A stretch of 32,000 nt of DNA from Prochlorococcus sp. MIT 0801 (lineage in GTDB: Bacteria; Cyanobacteriota; Cyanobacteriia; PCC-6307; Cyanobiaceae), in the NCBI RefSeq assembly GCF_000757865.1, contig NZ_CP007754.1, forward strand, positions 630,001 through 662,000. Direction: 5' to 3'. Positions within the stretch are counted from its first letter, which is position 1. Every line of letters starts with the position of its first letter. The position numbers and the translations under genes were made by a program. Below the pieces are notes generated by a model that saw only the letters and a list, made by a program, of their open reading frames with translations, was not told the DNA's origin and ran no database searches. This document shows, piece after piece, positions 1 to 9,009 of this stretch.

Positions 1-162
<162 letters not shown>

Positions 163-687
163 TTATCCTTGCTCGCTTGTATTTGTTGAATCATCTTCAT
201 TTGAACTTGCTTCTGTTGTTTGATCATTATCTTTTTCTGCAGGATCTTGAGCAACATTGTTTGCCTGATTAGTATCAGCTACCTCTTGTTCTTTAACTGG
301 CTTTTCTGGTCTTGCAAAAGGGTTGGGCTTTGTGTTGGCTGAGTTGTTATTTTCACCGTTATAGTTTCCCCTGTTACCCCTGCCTCTTCTTTGGTCATTG
401 GCGGGCGCTTGAGACCTATATTCGTTGACTAAATTTTCAAGATTTCCATCTTCAAGCATTTGGGCAAGAGTTCTTACCGCGAAACCTAAAACAGCAACAG
501 TAGAACGAAGATTAAAAGCTTCTTGTAATGATCTAGCTGCTCGCATTTCATTATCACTTAAGCGAATACGAAAGCCTCCCTCTCTATTGTTAGGACCTCG
601 GCCACCTCTGAAATTATTACGACCATTTTGTCTTTGGTTTTGGAAATCGCCACCACCTGACTGATTATTGGTGTAAGAGTCACCCAT
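163..687 (-). CDS. Conserved hypothetical protein with RG/RGG-rich low-complexity flanks around a ribbon-helix-helix-like core
   Basis: The ORF track gives 163-711, which uses a TTG at 711. The first ATG is at 687 (MGDSYTNN...). The protein has RGG/RG tracts (NNFRGGRGPNNREGGFR and RRGRGNRGNY). The central segment FRIRLSDNEMRAARSLQEAFNLRSTVAVLGFAVRTLAQML fits a strand-helix-turn-helix pattern. The tail is acidic and polar. Confidence 0.7.
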   Translation of the reverse strand: MGDSYTNNQSGGGDFQNQRQNGRNNFRGGRGPNNREGGFRIRLSDNEMRAARSLQEAFNLRSTVAVLGFAVRTLAQMLEDGNLENLVNEYRSQAPANDQRRGRGNRGNYNGENNNSANTKPNPFARPEKPVKEQEVADTNQANNVAQDPAEKDNDQTTEASSNEDDSTNTSEQG

Positions 688-923
688 GAACTTATTTGCC
701 AATAGGGGCAAGTGTGACGCATAGCCGGTACTTTTGCGACATATTTGAATATCTTGATTAGCACTTTCACATCTAATGACATTGATCCCTGCGGAATGAT
801 TTGATTTCTTTAGGCATAAATTTTTCCTCTTAAAAACGTAAAACCTTCTTTCTTTGCGGTTATTAAGGGAAAATTTGCTTTAAAATGAAAGTTAGCTAAG
901 AAGAAACTGTATTTATTCAAATC

Positions 924-2279
924 GTGGAAAATCATTCATTAACAAAACCTCCTCTTTCCTTACCTTCTTTTTCGATTCCGAAAATTAGTCTTTTTATTGG
1001 GCTAACTATTACCGGTCAATGGGTTTTAAGTGATGTGGCCCATATCCCTGGGGGTGGACTTGGATTGCTATTAGGGCTTGGTTGTATTTTTTATTTTTTA
1101 AAACCAGGAAAGGTTTCATTTGATGCTCCCTCTACTGTTCAAGGATGGGTAAGAAGATGTCATGACGTTTTAGAGAATTTTGAGTATTTACTTGAGGATG
1201 GAGAACAAAGTGAAAGAAAAAAAGAAAGAATTAATTCCTTGCAAAAAATTATTGATAGAAGCGAAGATCAAAGCATTGGTTTCTTGAAAACAAAAGGCGT
1301 AAAATTACCTGATAAAGAGCAATTGGAAAAAGTTTTAGGAATAAATAATCAAATAAAAGTTTCTTTTCCACCAGCTCTTCCTGTAAGAGATCGAAATTGG
1401 ATTTTGCCAGATTTAATCCAAGATCAAGATTTTATTGTTTATTCTTTGGCACTTCCAATGAGCGCAGCTGATCTTTTGTGGATTAAAAATATCCCTACAG
1501 ATCAACCAGCCTGGCTAATGGTTGCCAGTAAAGAATCTACTGATTGGTCTGACGAGCGAAATGCATTAGAGGCTCAATTACCAGATAGATGGACTAACAG
1601 AGTATTGAAATGGGATGGATCTCAAACAGAAATGGCAACGGTTCTTTCTCCAATTAAGAAACTTCTTGAAAATCCAAAGAAGAATACAGACATTACTAAG
1701 CAAAGACTTTTGTCTCGATTGCATACTTCTTGGCAAAAAGATTTGGAAAAATTAAGAAGAGAAAAATTTAAGGTTATTCAAACAAGATCTCAGTGGATAG
1801 TTGCTGGTATCGTTTTCGCCTCCCCTGTTGCCTCAACTGATTTGCTTGCAGTTGCAGTGGTTAATGGCTTGATGATCAAAGAAATGTCGAAAATATGGTC
1901 TTCCAAAATGAAGCCAGAATTACTTGAGGCAGTCTCACGACAACTAGCAATGGCTGCAATTGCTCAAGGAGTGGTCGAATGGAGTGGACAGTCCTTGTTG
2001 AGCTTGGCAAAGCTTGATGGCTCCTCTTGGGTTGCTGCTGGAACAATTCAGGCCTTGAGTGCTGCTTATTTAACAAGAGTGGTTGGGAGATCGATGGCTG
2101 ATTGGATGGCTCTTAATAACGGAGTAACTCAACCTGATTTAGAACTTATTAAGCAACAAGCTCCTCAACTAGTATCAAAAGCTGCTGAGTTAGAAAGAGT
2201 TGATTGGGTGGCTTTTTTAAAGCAATCAAAAGAATGGATTCATTCTCAATCTATGAATTACAAAGTTAAATCAGTTTAA
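924..2279 (+). CDS. Conserved membrane-associated protein, DUF697-like C-terminal region (tentative)
   Basis: This is a 451-aa ORF with a GTG start. It has N-terminal hydrophobic segments (ISLFIGLTITGQWVL, GGLGLLLGLGCIFYFL). The C-terminal stretch IVAGIVFASPVASTDLLAVAVVNGLMIKEMSKIWS resembles the DUF697/YcjF-type signature. No Walker A motif was seen. Confidence 0.7.
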   Translation: MENHSLTKPPLSLPSFSIPKISLFIGLTITGQWVLSDVAHIPGGGLGLLLGLGCIFYFLKPGKVSFDAPSTVQGWVRRCHDVLENFEYLLEDGEQSERKKERINSLQKIIDRSEDQSIGFLKTKGVKLPDKEQLEKVLGINNQIKVSFPPALPVRDRNWILPDLIQDQDFIVYSLALPMSAADLLWIKNIPTDQPAWLMVASKESTDWSDERNALEAQLPDRWTNRVLKWDGSQTEMATVLSPIKKLLENPKKNTDITKQRLLSRLHTSWQKDLEKLRREKFKVIQTRSQWIVAGIVFASPVASTDLLAVAVVNGLMIKEMSKIWSSKMKPELLEAVSRQLAMAAIAQGVVEWSGQSLLSLAKLDGSSWVAAGTIQALSAAYLTRVVGRSMADWMALNNGVTQPDLELIKQQAPQLVSKAAELERVDWVAFLKQSKEWIHSQSMNYKVKSV

Positions 2280-2353
2280 GTTTATAACTTTTATTCTGTT
2301 ATCTCATTGACTTATATTTAGATAAAACATTAATACTTTCTAATTTCAAATAT

Positions 2354-3319
2354 ATGTTTAATAAAAAGGTTCCTTTTGATTATCTTTATAAGAAAAATAA
2401 GATACTTGGTTTATATATTTTCCTTTCTTTAAATATTTTATTCCTGATAGGATGTGTAAATAAAAACACTTATAGACCAAGCAATGATAAGCCTTTCGTT
2501 TTAACTACTTTTACAATTTTGGCCGATCTTGCTAGAAATGTTGCTGGAGATAGACTTCTAGTTAAATCAATAACGAAACCAGGAGCAGAAATCCATAGTT
2601 ATCAATTTACACCTAGTGATATCGTAAAAACTAAAGGAGCAAAACTGATTATTGAAAATGGTTTAGGTCTTGAAGCATGGTTTTCGAAATTTATGATTAG
2701 CACGGGTGATATTCCCAATGTGAAATTAACCGAGGGGATGAAGCCATTATTGATAGAGGGAGATGCTTATTCAGGGAAGCCAAATCCTCATGCCTGGATG
2801 TCACCCAAAAGAGCTAAGAATTATGTAGATAAAATAGTTGATGCTTTTATTAAAATCGATCCTGATGGAGCTCTTGAATACTCATCTAACGCTTCAACCT
2901 ATAAAGCTAAACTTGAATTGCTTGATAAAGAGCTAAGAGATTCTTTATCCTCTATTCCTAAAGAAAGAAGATTTTTGGTGACATGCGAAGGAGCCTTTAC
3001 TTATCTGGCCCGTGATTACGGAATGAAAGAGGCATATTTGTGGCCAGTTAATGCTGAAAGTCAAGTAACCCCAAGGAGAATGGTGAATTTAATAAAAAAA
3101 ATCCAAGAGAATGAAGTTCCAACTATTTTTTGTGAAAGCACTGTGAGTGCAGAAGCACAAATGGAAGTTGCAAAATCAAGCGGAGCTGTTTTTGGTGGGA
3201 CTTTCTATGTAGATTCACTCTCAAATCAAAATGGTCCTGCTCCTACCTATATAGATTTACTAAGGCACAATGTTCGATTGATTACTAAGGGCCTATCTAT
3301 TTCAGCAATAAAAAAATAA
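2354..3319 (+). CDS. mntC: ABC transporter periplasmic metal-binding lipoprotein, cluster A-I (Mn-type, MntC/PsaA-like)
   Basis: It has a signal peptide with a lipobox (LFLIGC). The TroA/ZnuA-family ligand blocks are GAEIHSYQFTP (His), NPHAWMSP (His), TCEGAFTY (Glu) and FYVDSLS (Asp). An H-H-E-D ligand set and the absence of a His-rich loop favour Mn over Zn. Confidence 0.88.
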   Translation: MFNKKVPFDYLYKKNKILGLYIFLSLNILFLIGCVNKNTYRPSNDKPFVLTTFTILADLARNVAGDRLLVKSITKPGAEIHSYQFTPSDIVKTKGAKLIIENGLGLEAWFSKFMISTGDIPNVKLTEGMKPLLIEGDAYSGKPNPHAWMSPKRAKNYVDKIVDAFIKIDPDGALEYSSNASTYKAKLELLDKELRDSLSSIPKERRFLVTCEGAFTYLARDYGMKEAYLWPVNAESQVTPRRMVNLIKKIQENEVPTIFCESTVSAEAQMEVAKSSGAVFGGTFYVDSLSNQNGPAPTYIDLLRHNVRLITKGLSISAIKK

Positions 3320-4116
3320 TGAACCCAATTTTTAAAAGTAACGAGAAAGATTTTATGCGTATTGAGGCAGACCAAGTTTGTGTGGACTACAACGGAACAG
3401 TTGCTCTTTATGATGCAAGTTTAAATTTAAAAGCTGGATCTATCTGTGGCCTTGTGGGCATGAATGGTGCCGGAAAATCAACTTTTTTCAAAGCTCTCAT
3501 GGGCTTTGTTAGACCTTCAAGGGGTAAAATAAAGATCAATGGTATAAACGTTAATCAAGCGCAGAAGGAGCAATCCGTTGCATATGTTCCACAAAATGAA
3601 GGAATAGATTATTCATTTCCAGTGAGTGTTTGGGATGTCGTAATGATGGGGCGATATGGTGCTATGAACATTTTTCGAATACCAAGAGAGTCAGATAGAC
3701 GAGCAGTTGTTCATGCCCTTGAGAGAGTTGATCTTTTTGATCTCAGAGAAAGACCAATAGGATCTTTATCTGGAGGGCAACGCAAAAGAGCTTTTCTTGC
3801 AAGAGCAATTGCCCAACGGGCATCAGTACTCTTATTAGACGAACCTTTTTCTGGAGTTGATGTACCCACTGAAAAGCTTATGGCTGAGCTATTTCTTCAG
3901 TTTCGACAAGAAGGACATACTATTTTGATATCCACTCATGATTTGAATCATGTGCGAGATTTCTGTGATTTTGTTGTCCTTATCAATAAGACAGTTCTTG
4001 CGTATGGCAAAACCTCGGAGGTCTTTACTTCTGAAAATCTAAATAAAACATTTGGAGGAATTCCTCCAAACCCTTTATCAGGTCCAACGTCAAGTAAAGA
4101 TTTTATAAATGAGTGA
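3319..4116 (+). CDS. mntA: Mn/Zn-type ABC transporter ATP-binding protein
   Basis: The motifs are Walker A GMNGAGKST, ABC signature LSGGQRKR, Walker B LLLDEPF and H-loop STHDL. The ATG shares one nucleotide with the mntC TAA (TAATG). Confidence 0.92.
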   Translation: MNPIFKSNEKDFMRIEADQVCVDYNGTVALYDASLNLKAGSICGLVGMNGAGKSTFFKALMGFVRPSRGKIKINGINVNQAQKEQSVAYVPQNEGIDYSFPVSVWDVVMMGRYGAMNIFRIPRESDRRAVVHALERVDLFDLRERPIGSLSGGQRKRAFLARAIAQRASVLLLDEPFSGVDVPTEKLMAELFLQFRQEGHTILISTHDLNHVRDFCDFVVLINKTVLAYGKTSEVFTSENLNKTFGGIPPNPLSGPTSSKDFINE

Positions 4117-4981
4117 ATTTCTAATTTCCATTACGCCAATTGATTGGCTATTGGATCCATTAACTCATGACTTCATGAGAAGAGCTTTAATGGTTAGCGC
4201 CTTAGTAGGAGGTGTTTGCGGACTTTTATCTTGTTATATGACATTAAAAGGTTGGGCATTAATGGGTGACGCGGTTTCTCATGCGGTTATGCCAGGAGTA
4301 GTAGTTGCTTATGCCTTAGGGCTCCCTTTTTCCTTAGGCGCTTTTGTTTTTGGCGTTGGTTCAGTTGCTTTGATTGGATTTGTTAAACAGAAATCTAGAA
4401 TCAAAGAAGATACAGTAATAGGACTTGTTTTTACTGGCTTTTTTGCTTTAGGCCTTGTATTGGTCTCAAAAATTAAAAGTAATATTGATCTAATGCAAAT
4501 ACTTTTTGGAAGCCCTCTTGGTATTTCTCGTTCAGATGTTAACCAGACTTTAATAATTTCGTTTATTGTTATATCTATTTTGCTTATATTTAGAAAAGAT
4601 TTAATGCTTTATTGCTTTGATGCTAAACATGCTAGATCTATAGGAATAAATACAGGTATTCTTCATTATTTATTATTAACTTTATTGTCATTATCCGCAG
4701 TTGTAGGACTGCAAACCGTAGGTATTATACTTGTAGTAGCAATGTTGATAACTCCTGGTGCGACAGCATACTTGCTTACAGATCGTTTTGATAGGATGAC
4801 AATATTAGCAGTGATTAGCAGCTCTTTCTCAAGTATTTTAGGTGTTTATATAAGTTATTGGTCAGATATAGAAACAGGAGGATCTATTGTTTTAGTACAA
4901 ACATTAATCTTTTTAATAGCTTTCTTATTCGCCCCAAGATATGGAATATTTAAAAAACAAACTCTTATAAATAATGATTAA
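4109..4981 (+). CDS. mntB: Mn/Zn-type ABC transporter permease (ABC-3 family)
   Basis: This is a 290-aa polytopic membrane protein typical of the MntB/ZnuB/TroC family. It overlaps mntA by 8 nt (ATGAGTGA). Confidence 0.9.
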   Translation: MSEFLISITPIDWLLDPLTHDFMRRALMVSALVGGVCGLLSCYMTLKGWALMGDAVSHAVMPGVVVAYALGLPFSLGAFVFGVGSVALIGFVKQKSRIKEDTVIGLVFTGFFALGLVLVSKIKSNIDLMQILFGSPLGISRSDVNQTLIISFIVISILLIFRKDLMLYCFDAKHARSIGINTGILHYLLLTLLSLSAVVGLQTVGIILVVAMLITPGATAYLLTDRFDRMTILAVISSSFSSILGVYISYWSDIETGGSIVLVQTLIFLIAFLFAPRYGIFKKQTLINND

Positions 4982-4992
4982 TTTAATAGAAC

Positions 4993-6171
4993 ATGAGTAA
5001 TTCAGCTTCCGAACAAAAATGGAATTGGTGGCCACTCTTGCCTCTTTACCCATACGGAAGAAGACGAACAATATTTCGTGAATTAGTCCCTAATCAAATA
5101 TGGAGTTTTGAGCAACTTCAAGGTATTTATTATGTTGCCGTGCCAGTGAGATTGTTAGTTGTAAGAGTAAAAAATGAATTAATGATAATTAATCCTCTTC
5201 CTCCTACCAGTGAATTGCTAAGAGAAATAGACCTACTTCAAAAAAAAATTGGACCAGTAAAAACTATTGTTTTGCCTACGGCTTCTGGCTTAGAACATAA
5301 AATAGGACTTCCTGCTTTGACCAGAGCTTTTCCTAATGCAAAAATATGGGTATGTCCCGGACAATGGAGTTTTCCTTTTCAATTGCCTTTTGATTGGCTA
5401 GGAATTCCATCTGATAGAACTAATATTTTGTTGGCTGATGGCTTTCCCCATGGTGATGATTGTGAATGGATTTCTTTAGGTCCTATTGATATTGGTCTGG
5501 CACGTTTTCAAGAGATTACTTGTTTTCACAAACCATCAAAATCTTTATTGGTAACTGATGCTCTTGTAGGTATCGAGGACACCCCGCCTGAGCTCTTTAA
5601 TTTAGATCCAACTCCGTTGTTGTTTCATTCTAGAGAGAAAGGCTCCGAGGAACTTATTGATACGCCTATTGCTAGAAAGAAAGGATGGCTTCGATTAGTT
5701 CTTTTCGCCTCTTACCTCAAGCCTGAAAAGTTGGAAATTCCAAAAATAAAAGAGATTCTTGAAAACTCTTTTAAGCCAAAGATGAGAAACAAAAGATCAC
5801 ATTTCGGAATCTATCCTTTTGCTTGGCAGAAGGGTTGGGAGCTTTCGGCGAAAAAACTTGTTGGAGAAAAAAAACCCCTAATACAAATCGCGCCTGTAAT
5901 AGAAAGGTTAGTTTTCCCTAGAGGAAAAAAAGCTTTTATCGTTTGGTTGAATAAGATTGAGTCTCTGAAAGGAATTTCTTGTTTGATTTCTGCTCATTAC
6001 AGTGGAAAAGTTAGATTTACAAGAAATGAAATAAGAGATTTAAAAATTAAAATTGATAAATCAAATTGGAAAAAAAATGAAGGAGATTTTAAGTTTTTAA
6101 GTTGGTTCGATCAAAAATTATTAGATTTCGGAATAGTTCCTAAAAATCCACTTAAAAAATTTAGCGATTAA
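4993..6171 (+). CDS. DUF4336-family protein (metallo-beta-lactamase-fold-like with a degenerate metal motif)
   Basis: This is a 392-aa ORF starting 11 nt after mntB. The family assignment is from recall of cyanobacterial and plant DUF4336 proteins. TIVLPTASGLEHKIG sits where an MBL HxHxDH motif would be. Confidence 0.75.
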   Translation: MSNSASEQKWNWWPLLPLYPYGRRRTIFRELVPNQIWSFEQLQGIYYVAVPVRLLVVRVKNELMIINPLPPTSELLREIDLLQKKIGPVKTIVLPTASGLEHKIGLPALTRAFPNAKIWVCPGQWSFPFQLPFDWLGIPSDRTNILLADGFPHGDDCEWISLGPIDIGLARFQEITCFHKPSKSLLVTDALVGIEDTPPELFNLDPTPLLFHSREKGSEELIDTPIARKKGWLRLVLFASYLKPEKLEIPKIKEILENSFKPKMRNKRSHFGIYPFAWQKGWELSAKKLVGEKKPLIQIAPVIERLVFPRGKKAFIVWLNKIESLKGISCLISAHYSGKVRFTRNEIRDLKIKIDKSNWKKNEGDFKFLSWFDQKLLDFGIVPKNPLKKFSD

Positions 6172-6512
6172 ATTTTATTTGGGTCAACAGACATCTCTTC
6201 GTCAGACAAAAGTGTTTCTTCTAATTGTTTTCTTTGTTCCATCTGTCTTAAGAAATAACCTGTCATCATTGCAGAGGCTAATAAACTTGCCAAGTTGTCT
6301 TTGCTAGAGGTTACTTTGACTTCGAATTGCTCTCCGGGAAGCATTCCTAACAAACCTTGAACGTTATGTTTGATTATTTCTTGAATTTCAGGACTAGCTG
6401 ACTTTGCAACTCTCTGGAGAACGTCTGCCGGTTGATCTTGTAAATATTGTATTAGAGCATTTGTATCGTGAGATTCGTTATTGTCTGTAGCTAAAAATTC
6501 AGGATTAAACAT
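6168..6512 (-). CDS. DUF760-family conserved hypothetical protein
   Basis: The ORF track gives 6168-6536 from a GTG. The first ATG is at 6512 (MFNPEFLATDNN...). This small acidic protein resembles the cyanobacterial and plastid DUF760 family (tentative recall). Its stop overlaps the stop of the convergent DUF4336 gene. Confidence 0.7.
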   Translation of the reverse strand: MFNPEFLATDNNESHDTNALIQYLQDQPADVLQRVAKSASPEIQEIIKHNVQGLLGMLPGEQFEVKVTSSKDNLASLLASAMMTGYFLRQMEQRKQLEETLLSDEEMSVDPNKI

Positions 6513-6574
6513 CCAGTTTTTTCCGTGTATACACACAATATCGCAAAATGTACTCCAATAAAATTTAATTCAGG

Positions 6575-7141
6575 TTATGGGAACCGAATAGGTCCAATTT
6601 TTTTTAACGGCCAGTACCTTGCAAGTGCTGTCCCTATAAGATTTTTTTCAGGGAGAGGACCCCATATGTGAGAATCTAAACTGTTATTTCGGTTGTCTCC
6701 TAAAACCCAAAGTGAATAGTCAGGTACATTTACTGCTTCCATTTCATATTGGATAGGTTCTTTAATCCAAGGTTCATTTATTTCTTTTTCATTTCTATAA
6801 AGTTTTCCATTCTTAACTTCAATTGTGTCTCCGGGCAAACCAACGACTCTCTTGATTAGAGCTGAACCATCACTATAACCTGCTTGTGTAAGAATCTTTG
6901 GAGGTTTGAAAATAACAATCGAATTTAAATTTAGATATTTATTTAATTTATGATTAATTCTTGGAGTTATTTTTTCTATCAGTATTCTGTCTTGAATTTC
7001 CAAGGTTGGAATCATTGATCCAGATGGAATCCACCTAGGTTCAACTACTTGCCATCTTAATAAAAGCGCAATTAATATCCAAATTATTAATCCTCTCCAA
7101 TTATTTTGGTTTTGATTATTTTTTGATTCGGTGGAGGTCAT
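6575..7141 (-). CDS. lepB: Signal peptidase I
   Basis: It has an N-terminal TM anchor, the catalytic Ser box SGSMIPTL, the catalytic Lys box KRVVGLPGD and box E GDNRNNSLDSH. Confidence 0.93.
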   Translation of the reverse strand: MTSTESKNNQNQNNWRGLIIWILIALLLRWQVVEPRWIPSGSMIPTLEIQDRILIEKITPRINHKLNKYLNLNSIVIFKPPKILTQAGYSDGSALIKRVVGLPGDTIEVKNGKLYRNEKEINEPWIKEPIQYEMEAVNVPDYSLWVLGDNRNNSLDSHIWGPLPEKNLIGTALARYWPLKKIGPIRFP

Positions 7142-7204
7142 GAATTTTCTTTGCTTAAGTTTCTTTTTGGATAGTGTTTTACAAAAATCGAACTAGTTTT
7201 TCTT

Positions 7205-9001
7205 TTGTCAATTTCTTTAGCACGTTACAATTTTTTTATTAGCTTAGAACTTCTTAAAGCTCTAGTGGCCAAGGGCGTTAAATATTTTGTTCTTTGTCCT
7301 GGGAGTAGATCAGGGCCTCTTGCATTAGCGGCAGCAAGTCTTTCTAAAAGAGAAGAATTAACTCTCATAACATCAATTGATGAAAGGTCTGCTGCATTTC
7401 TTGCCTTGGGCATAAGTGCTGCAAGTGGAAAAGTAATTGGTGTTATTACAACTTCTGGTAGTGCGGTCGCAAATCTTTTGCCGGCTGCTGTTGAGGCAGA
7501 TAGATCATGCCATCCTCTTTTGTTCTTGACTGCAGATAGACCACTGCGATTAAAAGAATGTGGAGCGAATCAAGCAGTGAATCAACAGGATTTTCTTACG
7601 TCTGTTTGTAGATATTTTGGTGAATCTCCAAAAGAGGGAATTCATTTGATTTCTAAAGAGAGACTCACATCTTTAGTTGAAAAATCATTCGAAATGGCTT
7701 CTAACCTGCCTGGTCCAGTTCATATAAACATTGCATATGAAGAACCCTTACATCCTTGCGAAATTGACCAGAAAAAAGTTCTTGATGGATGGGGCTTTGA
7801 AGGATTTTTAAAGGATAAAATTATTTCAAATAATACTGAGATCGTTAAAAAATCTCCCTCTTTAAAACTACCAAAATTAGATCCATTTTCTTTCGGAATA
7901 ATTATTGTTGGTCCATGGAGAGGAAAAGTAAAACAACTTGATTCTTTTAGGAGAGCACTAAAGAAATGGCAAAAACTAACTGGATGGCCAATTCTTGCTG
8001 ATCCACTTTCTGGCGTTGAAAATGATCAAGAAGGTGTAATAAATCACTGGGATCTTTTTTTCTCAACAGGTCTATTTGAAAAAATCCAAGAGGTTCAAGT
8101 TTTACGCTTGGGACCATTACCTCCAAGTAGAGAATTAAATAGTTGGCTTAAAAAACCTGGAAAAATTCAATTACTTATTACTGAGGGAGATTGTCGCAAT
8201 CTTGATCCAATAGGGGACTCAACTCAATTTAGTGAGGGATTTTCTTATTGGGTTAATAAATTGTTTGAGAGTATTCCTAAAAAGCCTGAAATAGATAAAA
8301 ATATTATTAGTAGAAAATTAACTAATAAGCTAATTAATTATGATTTGTTAATCGATGATTGGCTTGATAAAAGGTTATTTAGAAATGGTTTAATTACTGA
8401 GCCTGCATTGGCTAGATTGCTTCCTCGCTTACTGCCAAGTACTGTTCCTGTAATGCTTGCCTCAAGCAGTCCCATAAGAGATTGGTTGAGTTATGCTGGT
8501 AAGTGGGCTTTATTTAGAAGGTGCTTTGGCTTTCGGGGGTGTTCAGGTATTGATGGGACACTTTCAATGGGTATGGGATTATCAATAATTATGGGAAGAA
8601 TGATTTTGGTAACAGGAGATTTAGCACTTCTTCATGATACAAATGGTTGGTTATTTTCAAAGGATAAAAGTATTAGTCTAATAGTAATAATGATAGATAA
8701 TGGAGGGGGTGGTATATTTAATCAATTAAATATAGATAGAATTCAAGAAGGAAATTTTGAAGAAATTTTTCTTATGCCTCAGCAAGTTTGTCATCTTACA
8801 CTTGCAAAAGCCTATGGATTGAAATATAGGCAAGTTGCTTGTTTAGATGATTTAGAACAAGCAATCGAATGGAGCTTTTCTTTCTCTTCAAATGTATTAA
8901 TAAGAGTTTGTACTAACTCTGTTGAAGATCATAAATTGAGAGTAAGTTTGCGTGATGATCTGAAAAGAACATTGTCTGACAATTTATCAAGTTTTGACTA
9001 A
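7205..9001 (+). CDS. menD: 2-succinyl-5-enolpyruvyl-6-hydroxy-3-cyclohexene-1-carboxylate (SEPHCHC) synthase
   Basis: The N-terminus is CPGSRSGPLALAAA. The thiamine-diphosphate motif is GDLALLHDTNG...IDNGGGGIF. It lies directly upstream of menB. The start is TTG at 7205. Confidence 0.9.
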   Translation: MSISLARYNFFISLELLKALVAKGVKYFVLCPGSRSGPLALAAASLSKREELTLITSIDERSAAFLALGISAASGKVIGVITTSGSAVANLLPAAVEADRSCHPLLFLTADRPLRLKECGANQAVNQQDFLTSVCRYFGESPKEGIHLISKERLTSLVEKSFEMASNLPGPVHINIAYEEPLHPCEIDQKKVLDGWGFEGFLKDKIISNNTEIVKKSPSLKLPKLDPFSFGIIIVGPWRGKVKQLDSFRRALKKWQKLTGWPILADPLSGVENDQEGVINHWDLFFSTGLFEKIQEVQVLRLGPLPPSRELNSWLKKPGKIQLLITEGDCRNLDPIGDSTQFSEGFSYWVNKLFESIPKKPEIDKNIISRKLTNKLINYDLLIDDWLDKRLFRNGLITEPALARLLPRLLPSTVPVMLASSSPIRDWLSYAGKWALFRRCFGFRGCSGIDGTLSMGMGLSIIMGRMILVTGDLALLHDTNGWLFSKDKSISLIVIMIDNGGGGIFNQLNIDRIQEGNFEEIFLMPQQVCHLTLAKAYGLKYRQVACLDDLEQAIEWSFSFSSNVLIRVCTNSVEDHKLRVSLRDDLKRTLSDNLSSFD

Positions 9002-9009
9002 TTTAAACA

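Noticed and set aside
558-782. 74-aa minus-strand ORF overlapping the 5' end of the RG-rich gene and its upstream spacer
   Set aside because: It is in an alternative frame over a gene with a better-supported reading frame. It has no motifs and is probably spurious.
2307-2336. TTGACT -35-like hexamer with a 17-18 nt spacer to TTAATA/TAATAC upstream of mntC
   Set aside because: The -10 candidate is poor and the region is AT-rich throughout. I cannot support a promoter call without transcription-start data.
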